Source: a virus (lineage: Duplodnaviria; Caudoviricetes). From it: DNA of 28,680 nucleotides. A model generated the notes under the pieces. The model saw nothing but the letters and a program-made list of their open reading frames with translations, ran no database searches and was not told the origin of the DNA. The stretch spans positions 1 through 28,680 of IMG/VR virus record IMGVR_UViG_3300031655_000032. One strand, written 5' to 3'. A program made the position numbers and the translations under genes. Of the stretch, positions 8,961 through 18,067 are shown one piece after another. The stretch's first letter is position 1. Every line of letters starts with the position of its first letter.

Positions 8961-11170
8961 TTTTTATCCTTTTTTAAAAATGATCTTACTGCGTCTCTAA
9001 ATTCGTCTCCGAACTTATTGGCTGGAAAAAAATCTTCGCCCATTTCGGCGATGTTTTTCAGTGTCATGTTCGGGTTAGCTTTCACAAAATCTTCTACTAG
9101 AACACTCGCATCTTCGACAGTAACACTCCCAACTGCCTCGGCTATGTCATCGGCTTCTTGATCCACTGGGTCTTCAACGAGACCTCTTTGGATGGGCTTT
9201 TGGGCGTCCTCGGGAGAAATCTCCTTGCCACGGGACAAATCCAGTATATTTTGTATTTGCTCCGGTGGGAGCTTGCGCCAGTTGGGATTAGTTTCCATGT
9301 AATTCTTAACCTCTGCCGGAGTTGTTGGAAACGCCGCCGGAGGTACTTGTTCTGCGGACGATTCTTCCTTTTTACGATAGTCTGCGATGACCTCAGAAAA
9401 CGATTTTGGGGATCGGGCCACTACAGTTTTCATCTCCTCGAGGAATTCAGCGTCTAAAATTGGTTCAGTTTTCGCCAGTTGAGTAATTTTGGAGTCAAAC
9501 GAAGGCCTGTTAAAAGGTGACAGGCGACGCTCGTTCAGAGGGTCTGCTAGAAACTCATCGCGCATTTCTGCAATCATAATGTCCCGATCAGCAATTTTAT
9601 TGAGAATCCTAGCGACGAATATATTTCCTTCAGGCGTTAGAGCCAGTCCCGGTACAACCTGCTGTGCCACTCGTATCAACTGCTGAGAGGATCTTCCAGC
9701 TTTAAGCCCGTCAAGAATGTTCAAGGTCAAAGCAGCTTCGCCACGGTCAAGTATCTCAGCTGCAGCCGGGTTGCCGATAAGATCTATTCCACTGAGGTCA
9801 ACTCCGAACAGCGCAAACATCTTACCAATTCCAACACGAAAATCGGCGGCGGTACCAGTGGTGACACTCCCTGCCTCCAGAACGTTTAGTATCTGAGCGG
9901 TCGATACTTGTGTCTCTGTAGCTATTCGTGCTCTGTTAGTAATTGTCTCTTCGAATGTAATGTCTTTTTTGGATCGAGCTTTTTCTGTTTCAACTGCTCC
10001 TACGTTTCTAGGGTCTGTCCCCATCTGGTTGTTAACTGTTACCCCGCTACCACTGAAAATGCGTGTTAGCTGGTCTATACGAGCTTGCCGTTCTGCCCCA
10101 ACAATGTTTTTTGGGATGTCGGCTATTCTCTGAATGAGTGCATCCGCAAGTTGCCCCTTCTTCTCAGCGTCCGTGTCCTTTTTAGCTTCGGGGTAGCCAA
10201 ACGACAAACTTTTAGGCATATATACGTTGGCACCCTTAGTTCCATCTTTATTTTTAAACTCTGCATCGTACACCAGTTGTGGCGGCTCTTTTCGAAGTCT
10301 TTCTATTCGCGCTTCAAATGCGTCAATAGTAGATGGGCTTTTAAACATCCCAGATAGGTGGGGATTATTGAGAAATTCTTCGGCCTTAACCATGTCCCCG
10401 CTGTCTAAATATGAATCTACGGCGTCAACGGCAATGCCGTCCCGTGTGCTCTCTTCCACCGCCCGGAATTTTTCCGTATCTAGCTGATCTTCGAATACAC
10501 GCAAGACTTTATCGAGAGAAGATATCTCAGCCAGAAACGAGGAGGGGTCTTTTTTAACCCTCTCACGAATTTCATTGACCTTCAAACTGATCTGGCCCTG
10601 AACTTTGTTGTCCAGTTCAACCACTGCCTGTTTGTTAAGAGTAGCTGCAAAGCTGCGATTTACGTTCAAGTTTTCTTGAAAAAATTTTGCTGACTGTTCT
10701 GGATCTCCGTACTGTTTGAGAAACTCGCTTTCCGCCTGCTGCGCTTCTGCGTTCAGCCCATCCACGAATTCCTGAATTTTCTCGGGATTTGTTGCTTCAG
10801 GGTCTACGCGAAAGGCATTGAATTTCTCATTTGCGGTTTTCTCGTAGTTGGTTTGCCCTATGGATCTAGCTACAGAAACCCGGCGTTTTCGTATGCTCTC
10901 ATCCTGTGCGTTAAGACTTTTTTGAATCTCCGCATCATTTGCGGCTCTATCTTTTGCATCCTGTGCAAATACACGATCAGCCTCTGCGGAAATCTTAGCC
11001 CCGATACCTGCGATTGCTTCTCCCGGCCCCTTTAAATTGGATGTCAGGTTGACCCTTCCGCCGGATCTAACGGAGGTATTAGTCCTCTGCTGTGATACTT
11101 CTGGTGTATTTATATTCCGATTACGTTGGTTTCTGTTAGCTCTTTCACCAGCGAAGGTAAATTCAGTCAT
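8957..11170 (-). CDS. Putative internal virion (ejection) protein 2
   Basis: 737 aa, helical and charged. Occupies the T7 gp15-equivalent position. Confidence 0.6.
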   Translation of the reverse strand: MTEFTFAGERANRNQRNRNINTPEVSQQRTNTSVRSGGRVNLTSNLKGPGEAIAGIGAKISAEADRVFAQDAKDRAANDAEIQKSLNAQDESIRKRRVSVARSIGQTNYEKTANEKFNAFRVDPEATNPEKIQEFVDGLNAEAQQAESEFLKQYGDPEQSAKFFQENLNVNRSFAATLNKQAVVELDNKVQGQISLKVNEIRERVKKDPSSFLAEISSLDKVLRVFEDQLDTEKFRAVEESTRDGIAVDAVDSYLDSGDMVKAEEFLNNPHLSGMFKSPSTIDAFEARIERLRKEPPQLVYDAEFKNKDGTKGANVYMPKSLSFGYPEAKKDTDAEKKGQLADALIQRIADIPKNIVGAERQARIDQLTRIFSGSGVTVNNQMGTDPRNVGAVETEKARSKKDITFEETITNRARIATETQVSTAQILNVLEAGSVTTGTAADFRVGIGKMFALFGVDLSGIDLIGNPAAAEILDRGEAALTLNILDGLKAGRSSQQLIRVAQQVVPGLALTPEGNIFVARILNKIADRDIMIAEMRDEFLADPLNERRLSPFNRPSFDSKITQLAKTEPILDAEFLEEMKTVVARSPKSFSEVIADYRKKEESSAEQVPPAAFPTTPAEVKNYMETNPNWRKLPPEQIQNILDLSRGKEISPEDAQKPIQRGLVEDPVDQEADDIAEAVGSVTVEDASVLVEDFVKANPNMTLKNIAEMGEDFFPANKFGDEFRDAVRSFLKKDKK

Positions 11171-11204
11171 TAGTTATTCTCTATTAGTTTGGTGGATGTA
11201 AAGT

Positions 11205-11870
11205 TTATTTGCCAAAGGAGAACGTCTTCCTAGCCCCGCCCGCTGGTTTAGGAGCTTTGGCGAACTGGTTAGTGCCTTTAAATCCTCCTGCGATGCTACT
11301 TGCACCACTAAAAAGTTGTGACCCCGCACTAAACGCAGCACTCTGTCCAGCTTGTTTAGCCTGTGCTCCAAACAATCCCGCCTGTGCGGTTTGGTTCTGA
11401 GCTTCTAATCCGAAGCCGGAAGTTCTTACTGCAAACTGGTTTCTCAAACGCAGAGCATTTAATTCATCTTCTCCAGCTATTTGATTTTGAATAGAGCTAA
11501 ACGACCCCTCATTAAGAAGCACTCCAGTAGCTCCTCCACTAGCAAAACGGGCTGCTAGTTCTCTACTGGCTTGGCGTCTGAAATCATCCTCGTCGATCTT
11601 AGCTTGCTGTTCTGATCTTACTTGGTCGCGTCGTGCCAGTTCGGCGTTCTGTCCAGCCACTTGGCCTTTAAATCTCGCATTACCCGCAGCACTCTGTCCC
11701 GCTGAAATAACACCTATGGTGCTGACAACAGTTCCTACCACAGCTATATTTGCAGCTATAGCTGCCGTCGTAAATCCCGCAGTAGCAAATGCACCGAAGC
11801 AGTAACAGTTACTGAATATAGTTTCGACCTCTGGACAAGGCCAGAAATCATTTAGATGTTTAGATTGCAT
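11205..11870 (-). CDS. Putative internal virion (ejection) protein 1, gp14-like
   Basis: Ala/Gly hydrophobic segment followed by an A/Q-rich coiled coil and ASGGATGVLLNEGS...ELNALRLR, typical of this slot in podoviruses. Confidence 0.7.
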   Translation of the reverse strand: MQSKHLNDFWPCPEVETIFSNCYCFGAFATAGFTTAAIAANIAVVGTVVSTIGVISAGQSAAGNARFKGQVAGQNAELARRDQVRSEQQAKIDEDDFRRQASRELAARFASGGATGVLLNEGSFSSIQNQIAGEDELNALRLRNQFAVRTSGFGLEAQNQTAQAGLFGAQAKQAGQSAAFSAGSQLFSGASSIAGGFKGTNQFAKAPKPAGGARKTFSFGK

Positions 11871-12507
11871 ATTGCTCCTGCCCCTCTTTAACGTATGTCA
11901 GTGCGGTGTCACCGAAGGACACTTCCTGTTCTAAGCACTGACGCTGAATATCTTTTTTCCATGCGGGATCGGCGGGTCTTTTATAACCCCACGTTTCTTC
12001 TTTTACACCTACCGCATCTATGCCACTTAAATCTAAGTCACTACTAAATGGCCCAAGAATAGGCACTATAGAAATGACTTTTGTTTTAGCTGGCATACGT
12101 CTCAACAAATCAATTCTCCACTCATACTTACCAGACTCGATAGGTACGGTGCATACGATGTTGTCTGACCATTTGAGGGATGAACTGTAGATCAGTGCTC
12201 GACCGATTCTTTTTGTCCCAACTGAAAAGGTGTGCCAGTCGGCTTTGTTCATCACTTCAAAAACTAATTTCTGAAAATTAAGCGTTACGTCCGCATGAAA
12301 TAAGTCCGAGCCAAAAGCCACTTCGTAGTGGGTTGGTTCGGAATTTAACAGCGGGATATCCAGTACTGTCGGGTGTTCTACGGGTTCGTAGCTTTTTCCT
12401 TCAGCTTCGTACTCCCAGTAGGACGGACAGCTATTACAACCTTCTGATACCCTGTGACATCCTGTGACGACAGGCCAGTTTGAAATTTGTGCGTTATCGT
12501 TATTCAT
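11860..12507 (-). CDS. Phage Gp37/Gp68 (DUF5131)-like protein, divergent
   Basis: TGCHRVSEGCNSC (CX6CX2C), SDLFH, TKR, RIDLLR, DLSGID, RP...W...C motifs. Start placed at ATG 12507 (ATGA overlap). Confidence 0.8.
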   Translation of the reverse strand: MNNDNAQISNWPVVTGCHRVSEGCNSCPSYWEYEAEGKSYEPVEHPTVLDIPLLNSEPTHYEVAFGSDLFHADVTLNFQKLVFEVMNKADWHTFSVGTKRIGRALIYSSSLKWSDNIVCTVPIESGKYEWRIDLLRRMPAKTKVISIVPILGPFSSDLDLSGIDAVGVKEETWGYKRPADPAWKKDIQRQCLEQEVSFGDTALTYVKEGQEQYAI

Positions 12508-12944
12508 ATTGCCCACACCGCCTTAATGTTAGGCTTATCGACGTAGACCAGCCCATTTGTGCCTTGGGCTATAGCCATCGTTTTATCGTACACAATCCCA
12601 GCGGTCAATCCATGTGCTTCCGGGTGCACATTTTCGACATCCATGAGCACCACGTCGCCCGAATTCGCGTCCCGCATAGAAACACGCTTACATCCCATAT
12701 CCACAAAAATCTGTTCCACAGTTTCTTCAACGCCACCACCTGAGAAGTTCTTTATGAGTTTAAACGCTTCTTTCATCGTACTGTACTTGCCCCTAAAAAA
12801 ATGGGCTGGATCTGATCCGTTTATGACTTGAACGGCATCAAATGCGAACAAACAACAGTCTGATTTTCCCCATGTAAAGGGGGTGTTGTGTCTTTTCTTT
12901 AGGAAGCCACTTAACCTATCAGGCCAGTCAATATATCTTAACAT
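12504..12944 (-). CDS. NlpC/P60-like (DUF6950-type) protein
   Basis: WPDRL...PFTWGKSDCCLFAFDAV...FRGKYST...GDVV...AGIV pattern. Confidence 0.75.
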   Translation of the reverse strand: MLRYIDWPDRLSGFLKKRHNTPFTWGKSDCCLFAFDAVQVINGSDPAHFFRGKYSTMKEAFKLIKNFSGGGVEETVEQIFVDMGCKRVSMRDANSGDVVLMDVENVHPEAHGLTAGIVYDKTMAIAQGTNGLVYVDKPNIKAVWAI

Positions 12945-12962
12945 AATGTCGCCTATTTTGTC

Positions 12963-15452
12963 TTATATAGATGCGTTGATTTTAACCTCGGGAGCGATAG
13001 CCAAAAGTGTGAACGGACTTGGATCGTCGCTCTGTACCCATAGCCGTGGGTCTGACTCCCAATTTCCCTCTAGTTCTACAAAATGTTCGCCTGTGAATAT
13101 GGGGGTTCCCGAATCCATCGGATCAGACACGTCTCTAAAGTCTGATTTAATAAAAGCGGAGTTCTCGTCAACCTTGTATTCAATGGTGTGACTGAACAAG
13201 ACTACGAATGTAATCCCGTTGATTCTCTTTATTCTACCTACGGCAGTTCCTGATGGGTTTCCACCCTCAATTTTAAGAGTTTTGAGCTTGTGAGTGTATC
13301 CTAGCCCAACCTGTACAACCGAAGCGGGGATATCTAGGGCTATGCTTCCACTGGCGACAGTTTTATCGGCCTGTAGTGCGCCATCTGCCCACACTTTGAC
13401 CTGCTGACCCTCTAAATGGGCTAGTCCTGTGAGGGTAGACGTGGAGGATGAGTCGTAGGTAAGGCCAGAATCAACGTAAAAAGCATCTTCTTCGTCCTGA
13501 TCGTCATCGTATTGCCGCTCTAAAAATTCTATGTATCGGACTGTGGCACCATTTACGGTTCTCTTAACCTGTACCCAAACCTCATCTCGTGAAGTTGAGT
13601 CGTGTGTTTGTCCAACAGCACTAGCACCGGGGATTATAGCTACTGTCTCTACTACTGCGTCTCCGGTAGAAAATGCTCCCCCGAGTATATGTCTTGCCCA
13701 TCCTACGACGTCTTCTTGCCTTCGAAACGTCATGGAAGGAAGCTGACCGTCGCCTCGTACCACCCAAACCTGTGAGTCAGGCTCTTCTGCGTGATCCATT
13801 TCTACGATGCCACTCTGAGTAATATGCTGAGCCAAGCGAGTCATATCGAACGCTTGGTACCCATCAGTCTCAAAGGTAAAGCCAAATTCTCTAATCTTGC
13901 GTTTTGCCCTCTGAGCGAATAACACGATATTATCCACTCGGACAGGTGCAATCTGTGCAGATCCATGTGTGGTCTGTCGTCTTACTGTAATATCGGATGG
14001 GGTTATGACAGATCCCGTAGAAGAGGGTATCCATTCACCGCCGGTTGTGCCGATGGACAGAGTGTCCTCCCCCGCAGACATCCATCTGATAGCATTAACA
14101 TTATCAGCACTGATAGAGAAATCAAGAGAGTCGTCATCTTCCACAGTCTCATCCCAAGTTCCTGATGTTGGGTCGCTATCAGGTGCGTAGTTTTCGAAGT
14201 CCCCCGTCTGCGACGCCCAGAATGTTTGCGGCTGATTCGTGTTCCCTGCTGCGTATAGTCTCTGCTCAAAAAATGCTCCTGTTGATGGGTATCCTGTGTT
14301 CGCTGACCATGAGCCAAGCCTCCATTTAGTTTCTGCGGTAGTTGTTCCGAATGTTCTTTCGACATCTACCGTAACAGATGTCGTACTTCCCACTGCGGTG
14401 ATCACCCCCCATCCCCAATTAACTGGGCTTGAGTCGCTTATCCTGATCGACCGGCCCACGTCAGTTGATTGAAAACCTACCCCGCCGTTAACTGCTGCTA
14501 TGGTAGACGCCGTAACAGTTATACCAAACCCTGTTGCCGCCGACGGATTCATAGTTGTTGCCGTAGAATTTTCTTGAAGCCACGGGCCATCTTGCCACGG
14601 GACTTCAATAAGAGACCACGTTGTGTTACCTCGTCGTTCTAATCTGTATGTTGGGTAAGACCCGTGAAACATATACAAAATATCAGCAGATTGTGGCCCT
14701 TCTATTTCGTAAAGATCCGCCTCGGCATATGGAGTTTTAATCTCCATAGGTTCGTCATCCAAGAGTGCGATGTTGTCCATCTGGACAGTCTTTCCAAGTT
14801 CTTGTTCAAATCTTACGAAGAAATTTGCTGCCGTAGTTGTAAAAGAGTACCCGTGATAACCTACTTCAGCAGTAAAAGTATCGACAATCTGTGTCCCCCC
14901 AGTGGCTGTCCCCACACTGAAAAGAACGTAGTCGCCCGGAGCACCAATAACCTGAAATTGTAGTATGTGTTCTGCGGCTAAAGAGTTTGTGATCTGCTGT
15001 TCGGCTTCCGCATTGTTTGTTCCGTTGGAAACTAAGTTAAGTCTCTTATTGCCTGAGTCGTAGGTAATAGAACAGCCCGCACCGGAATTATCTGTCCAAG
15101 AAGCAATACCTGATGTGAACGTGCCATTAGCTATTCCCGCTGTTATGCTAGGAACTACTATCTGACCCTGATTCCGGTAGAAGCGCATGTTACCAGCGCC
15201 CATCTCCAAGACGTAATTTTGTGTAGTTGAAAATTCAAACTTCTTTAGGCGTGATTTGACTGTAGCCCCGGTCTTAGTAGCCGCAACAAATCGCGTTCCA
15301 GACCTGCGCTGAATTCCACCTTCCGGTAGAGCAATAAAGTTTTCTAGCGTCTCCACGCCACTGGGGTATTTATTAAAGTCTACCCGAGAAGACAATCTAG
15401 GGGATAGTTCCCCCGTATTCATGGATGGAGTTAGCGGATGTACTTTTGGCAT
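12963..15452 (-). CDS. Tail tubular protein B (nozzle)
   Basis: GELSPRL..RVD..KY..G...LENF...PEGG..RRSGTRFV N-terminus, GYPS...FFEQRL, EDVVGWARH. 829 aa, directly after tail A. Confidence 0.9.
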   Translation of the reverse strand: MPKVHPLTPSMNTGELSPRLSSRVDFNKYPSGVETLENFIALPEGGIQRRSGTRFVAATKTGATVKSRLKKFEFSTTQNYVLEMGAGNMRFYRNQGQIVVPSITAGIANGTFTSGIASWTDNSGAGCSITYDSGNKRLNLVSNGTNNAEAEQQITNSLAAEHILQFQVIGAPGDYVLFSVGTATGGTQIVDTFTAEVGYHGYSFTTTAANFFVRFEQELGKTVQMDNIALLDDEPMEIKTPYAEADLYEIEGPQSADILYMFHGSYPTYRLERRGNTTWSLIEVPWQDGPWLQENSTATTMNPSAATGFGITVTASTIAAVNGGVGFQSTDVGRSIRISDSSPVNWGWGVITAVGSTTSVTVDVERTFGTTTAETKWRLGSWSANTGYPSTGAFFEQRLYAAGNTNQPQTFWASQTGDFENYAPDSDPTSGTWDETVEDDDSLDFSISADNVNAIRWMSAGEDTLSIGTTGGEWIPSSTGSVITPSDITVRRQTTHGSAQIAPVRVDNIVLFAQRAKRKIREFGFTFETDGYQAFDMTRLAQHITQSGIVEMDHAEEPDSQVWVVRGDGQLPSMTFRRQEDVVGWARHILGGAFSTGDAVVETVAIIPGASAVGQTHDSTSRDEVWVQVKRTVNGATVRYIEFLERQYDDDQDEEDAFYVDSGLTYDSSSTSTLTGLAHLEGQQVKVWADGALQADKTVASGSIALDIPASVVQVGLGYTHKLKTLKIEGGNPSGTAVGRIKRINGITFVVLFSHTIEYKVDENSAFIKSDFRDVSDPMDSGTPIFTGEHFVELEGNWESDPRLWVQSDDPSPFTLLAIAPEVKINASI

Positions 15453-16057
15453 TAGTTAGAGTACCCAGAACCAGAGCGGTTACGGGAATTTGCCCACGAG
15501 CCTCTTGGGCGGGGTTCAGGGAATGAACCCATAGCATCCAGTGATTTAGCTCTGGCTAAATCTTTGATTGCACGTTTTCCAAGCTGATCTTCTAGTACAT
15601 TGGAATTGGCTACAGTAATAGCCAAGTCACGAGCCAATGCAGAGGCTAACGCTCTTCTGAAGGCCGGTGTCATAATATTCGGATCTTGTTCTTGGTATGT
15701 GTAAACCAAATATGCAGATTCCACGTCTGTTACGATTACGTTTTGCGACCCAACCTGTTCGTGACGATAGTCCATAGTGCCAGAACTAGCGTCATTATCG
15801 TGAACAGATATAGTGAAAATCCAGTCCGCTGGGAGCGAAAAGGCGTTGTCGTAGCCGAAACTAGGGGCTGTAGTGGATTTAGCTAACTGTACACGCTTCG
15901 TGGCAAAGTTCCAAGGGAACTCCATCAACTCGTCGCGTATAATGCTATATAGATCCTGAACAGCGTTTGCGTTCGGTGTGCCTTGGGTAAGGGATGTTAT
16001 TCGAGTTCCACCAACTAGGCGTAGTGCCACGTTAGCGATATCGGTCTCACTTGCCAT
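15452..16057 (-). CDS. Tail tubular protein A (adaptor)
   Basis: SETDIANVALRLVG...ITSL...PWNFATKRVQL...LPAD motifs. Confidence 0.9.
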   Translation of the reverse strand: MASETDIANVALRLVGGTRITSLTQGTPNANAVQDLYSIIRDELMEFPWNFATKRVQLAKSTTAPSFGYDNAFSLPADWIFTISVHDNDASSGTMDYRHEQVGSQNVIVTDVESAYLVYTYQEQDPNIMTPAFRRALASALARDLAITVANSNVLEDQLGKRAIKDLARAKSLDAMGSFPEPRPRGSWANSRNRSGSGYSN

Positions 16058-16066
16058 GCTTACTCC

Positions 16067-16549
16067 TTATGCAGCGACCGGAACAGGCTGATCACCACGA
16101 GCTATTTGTTGTGCCAATTGTTTTTCGGTTGTCTCGTAAACTACTTCCCCCTTAACTACAACTTGATAGACCTTCCTGCCGAGGTTCCACTTGACAGTGC
16201 CATCTTCCTTGATATATTTAGGGGCATCGGGAGTATTTTCTTCCGGCTCTTCGAGGCTCAGGCTTTCAGAAAAATCTACCACTTCGCTTGTAGCTCTAAA
16301 ATCTACGGTTCTAACGTTGCCGTTCACCCGCGTTTCGAGAACAATCCCGTCGCACATAGCTAAAACCCGTTCTTTTTCAATCTTCAGGCATCGTATAGTG
16401 TCGCCAGCCATGAAGTTACCCGTTAGAGTATCAAAAAATCCGGGCTTAAAACACGTCTTTACGTCGTGGTCTTTGCAGATATAGTTGAAGTTTTTCCCGT
16501 AGTTACCATCTTCTGGCTTATTGAGGTTGTTAGTTCTCGCCTTAATCAT
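16067..16549 (-). CDS. Hypothetical protein, N-terminal half similar to 16615..16908
   Basis: GFF...F.AGD.I motif parallels GYF...L.AGD.I in the upstream protein. AGGAG RBS. Confidence 0.55.
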   Translation of the reverse strand: MIKARTNNLNKPEDGNYGKNFNYICKDHDVKTCFKPGFFDTLTGNFMAGDTIRCLKIEKERVLAMCDGIVLETRVNGNVRTVDFRATSEVVDFSESLSLEEPEENTPDAPKYIKEDGTVKWNLGRKVYQVVVKGEVVYETTEKQLAQQIARGDQPVPVAA

Positions 16550-16574
16550 GCAGTTCTCCTGTTTTGGTAGATAT

Positions 16575-16608
16575 AAAATCTGGTAACGAAGCGAACTTCG
16601 TTACCAGA
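16575..16608 (-). terminator. Intrinsic terminator after the capsid/decoration genes
   Basis: Perfect 13-bp stem TCTGGTAACGAAG/CTTCGTTACCAGA with a TTCG loop, followed by TTTTATAT on the minus strand. Confidence 0.85.
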
Positions 16609-16614
16609 AATCAG

Positions 16615-16908
16615 TTAGTCAGTGTTGGTTACTACGCCAGCCAATGCTTCAGCTAGATCAACAACACCAGCGGCACTAACCGCCATAACCATGAGCCAAC
16701 CCCATGTAGAGATGGTTCCCGTGCGAACGGCGGTTGCCCAGTCCACTACGAGAATAATATCCCCTGCTTTAAGATTCAGGTCATCGTCGGCGTTGTTAAA
16801 ATAACCGTCGATGTCCACGAGAGTATGGGCTTCCAGACTGTCATAACGGTAAGTGGCGTAGCCATTCCCGTCATTAAGCTGGACTAAATTTCCCGGTACA
16901 TATGCCAT
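16615..16908 (-). CDS. Small post-capsid protein (possible decoration/cement)
   Basis: Start re-called at MAYVPG (16908) with a GAGGA RBS. 97 aa, lies between the MCP gene and the strong terminator. Confidence 0.6.
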   Translation of the reverse strand: MAYVPGNLVQLNDGNGYATYRYDSLEAHTLVDIDGYFNNADDDLNLKAGDIILVVDWATAVRTGTISTWGWLMVMAVSAAGVVDLAEALAGVVTNTD

Positions 16909-16923
16909 GATAAAGTCCTCTGT

Positions 16924-16961
16924 AAAAAGTAAAAAGATCCGGGGGCTAATAAAAGCCCCCG
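16924..16961 (-). terminator. Hairpin after MCP stop (partial terminator or mRNA stabiliser)
   Basis: 8-bp stem CGGGGGCT/AGCCCCCG (16940-16961), then GATCTTTTTACTTTTT on the minus strand. Confidence 0.55.
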
Positions 16962-16966
16962 AAAAA

Positions 16967-17863
16967 TTAAGTGACTGGGATTGCCGTTGTATCGTTGAGG
17001 GTTCCCTCAATAACACCAGCATCATCAATTAATACGGCAGAGCCGGACATCGCGTGGTTCACAAAGTGAGCCGCACGGTCGCCATGCCAAGTGATGTCTG
17101 CGCCGACAGATGATTCTTTACCGGCACCAGCCAGATTTGCAGGAGTTTTACCAGCCGCGTATCCAACAGCATCTTTATTCCAGATGAAGACTTTGGAAGT
17201 AGAAGTGCCGACGTTCGGGACTCCTGAATGTACCGTCCAAAGAACTTGACCCCAACGTTTGAACATCCCTACGGGTGCTCCAGTGTTGAAAGGGAGTCCG
17301 TCACCGCCGATATAGTCGGAACTGGCGAACTCTGTAATGGTAGAAGCAGCCGCCCATAAATGGGGGGACATAACACCATACATGTTACCCGGCTCATAAG
17401 CGTCATTAACGATCATGGCTTCGATCATGTCGAGAAGTCCGTTACGAACTTGAGCAGAAGTAGTAACTGTTATGGTTACTGTTGTTTGAGAGGTTGAATC
17501 GAGAATAGTCATCAATTGACTATCTACTTTACGACCGAGAGCTTTAGCACCACCACGAGCAATAGCCATACGCTCGTCAATGTTGATCTTGGCTTCGTCG
17601 AGTTTATCTACCCAGTCACCAGCATAGAAATCAGCCAGCGTGGTAGAAACTGCGGTGTGAGTTTGGTTCATCGGAGTGATAGTACCGTGTCGAGCTTTTG
17701 TGGTAGCGGTACCTTTTCCGATTTTTTGAAAGGTTGCAACAGATCCAACTACATCAGATTTGAAACGGACTGTGGGTTTAAGCACTGAACCATCTCGCTG
17801 AAATACATCATGTACGTCTCGCTCGTATTGAGTGATAAACGCATTGTTAATTGAGGTAGACAT
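16967..17863 (-). CDS. Major capsid protein
   Basis: MSTSINNAFITQYERDVH..FQR.GS.L..TVR...D..DKLDE.K.NID pattern of BPP-1-like podovirus MCPs. Follows the scaffold region. GGAGG RBS. Confidence 0.9.
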   Translation of the reverse strand: MSTSINNAFITQYERDVHDVFQRDGSVLKPTVRFKSDVVGSVATFQKIGKGTATTKARHGTITPMNQTHTAVSTTLADFYAGDWVDKLDEAKINIDERMAIARGGAKALGRKVDSQLMTILDSTSQTTVTITVTTSAQVRNGLLDMIEAMIVNDAYEPGNMYGVMSPHLWAAASTITEFASSDYIGGDGLPFNTGAPVGMFKRWGQVLWTVHSGVPNVGTSTSKVFIWNKDAVGYAAGKTPANLAGAGKESSVGADITWHGDRAAHFVNHAMSGSAVLIDDAGVIEGTLNDTTAIPVT

Positions 17864-18037
17864 TTAAGCCTCCATGTGAGAGTAGTAAAAAAATTAAACT
17901 TACATCCCGCTGGAAGCCATAAGAGGTCTTTAAACCGGGAAGTCTGCGAAGAGGCCGGTCTCTATAACCATAATGGGGCATTGGTAATGTATCCTGCTAT
18001 GTGATGGGGCCGATTAAGGGAGTCCATCTAAACTATA

Positions 18038-18067
18038 ATGATACCAAACATAAGCCTATTCTGTCAA
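18038..18067 (-). promoter_or_regulatory. sigma70-type promoter for the major capsid gene
   Basis: Minus strand TTGACA-18 bp-TATCAT with TGn extended -10. Confidence 0.75.

Noticed and set aside
16615-17028. Programmed frameshift fusing MCP to the downstream ORF (T7 gp10B-like)
   Set aside because: The downstream frame is open for ~40 codons upstream of its start, overlapping the MCP end in the +1 frame. However, I see no recognisable slippery site, and the gene has its own RBS and ATG at 16908.
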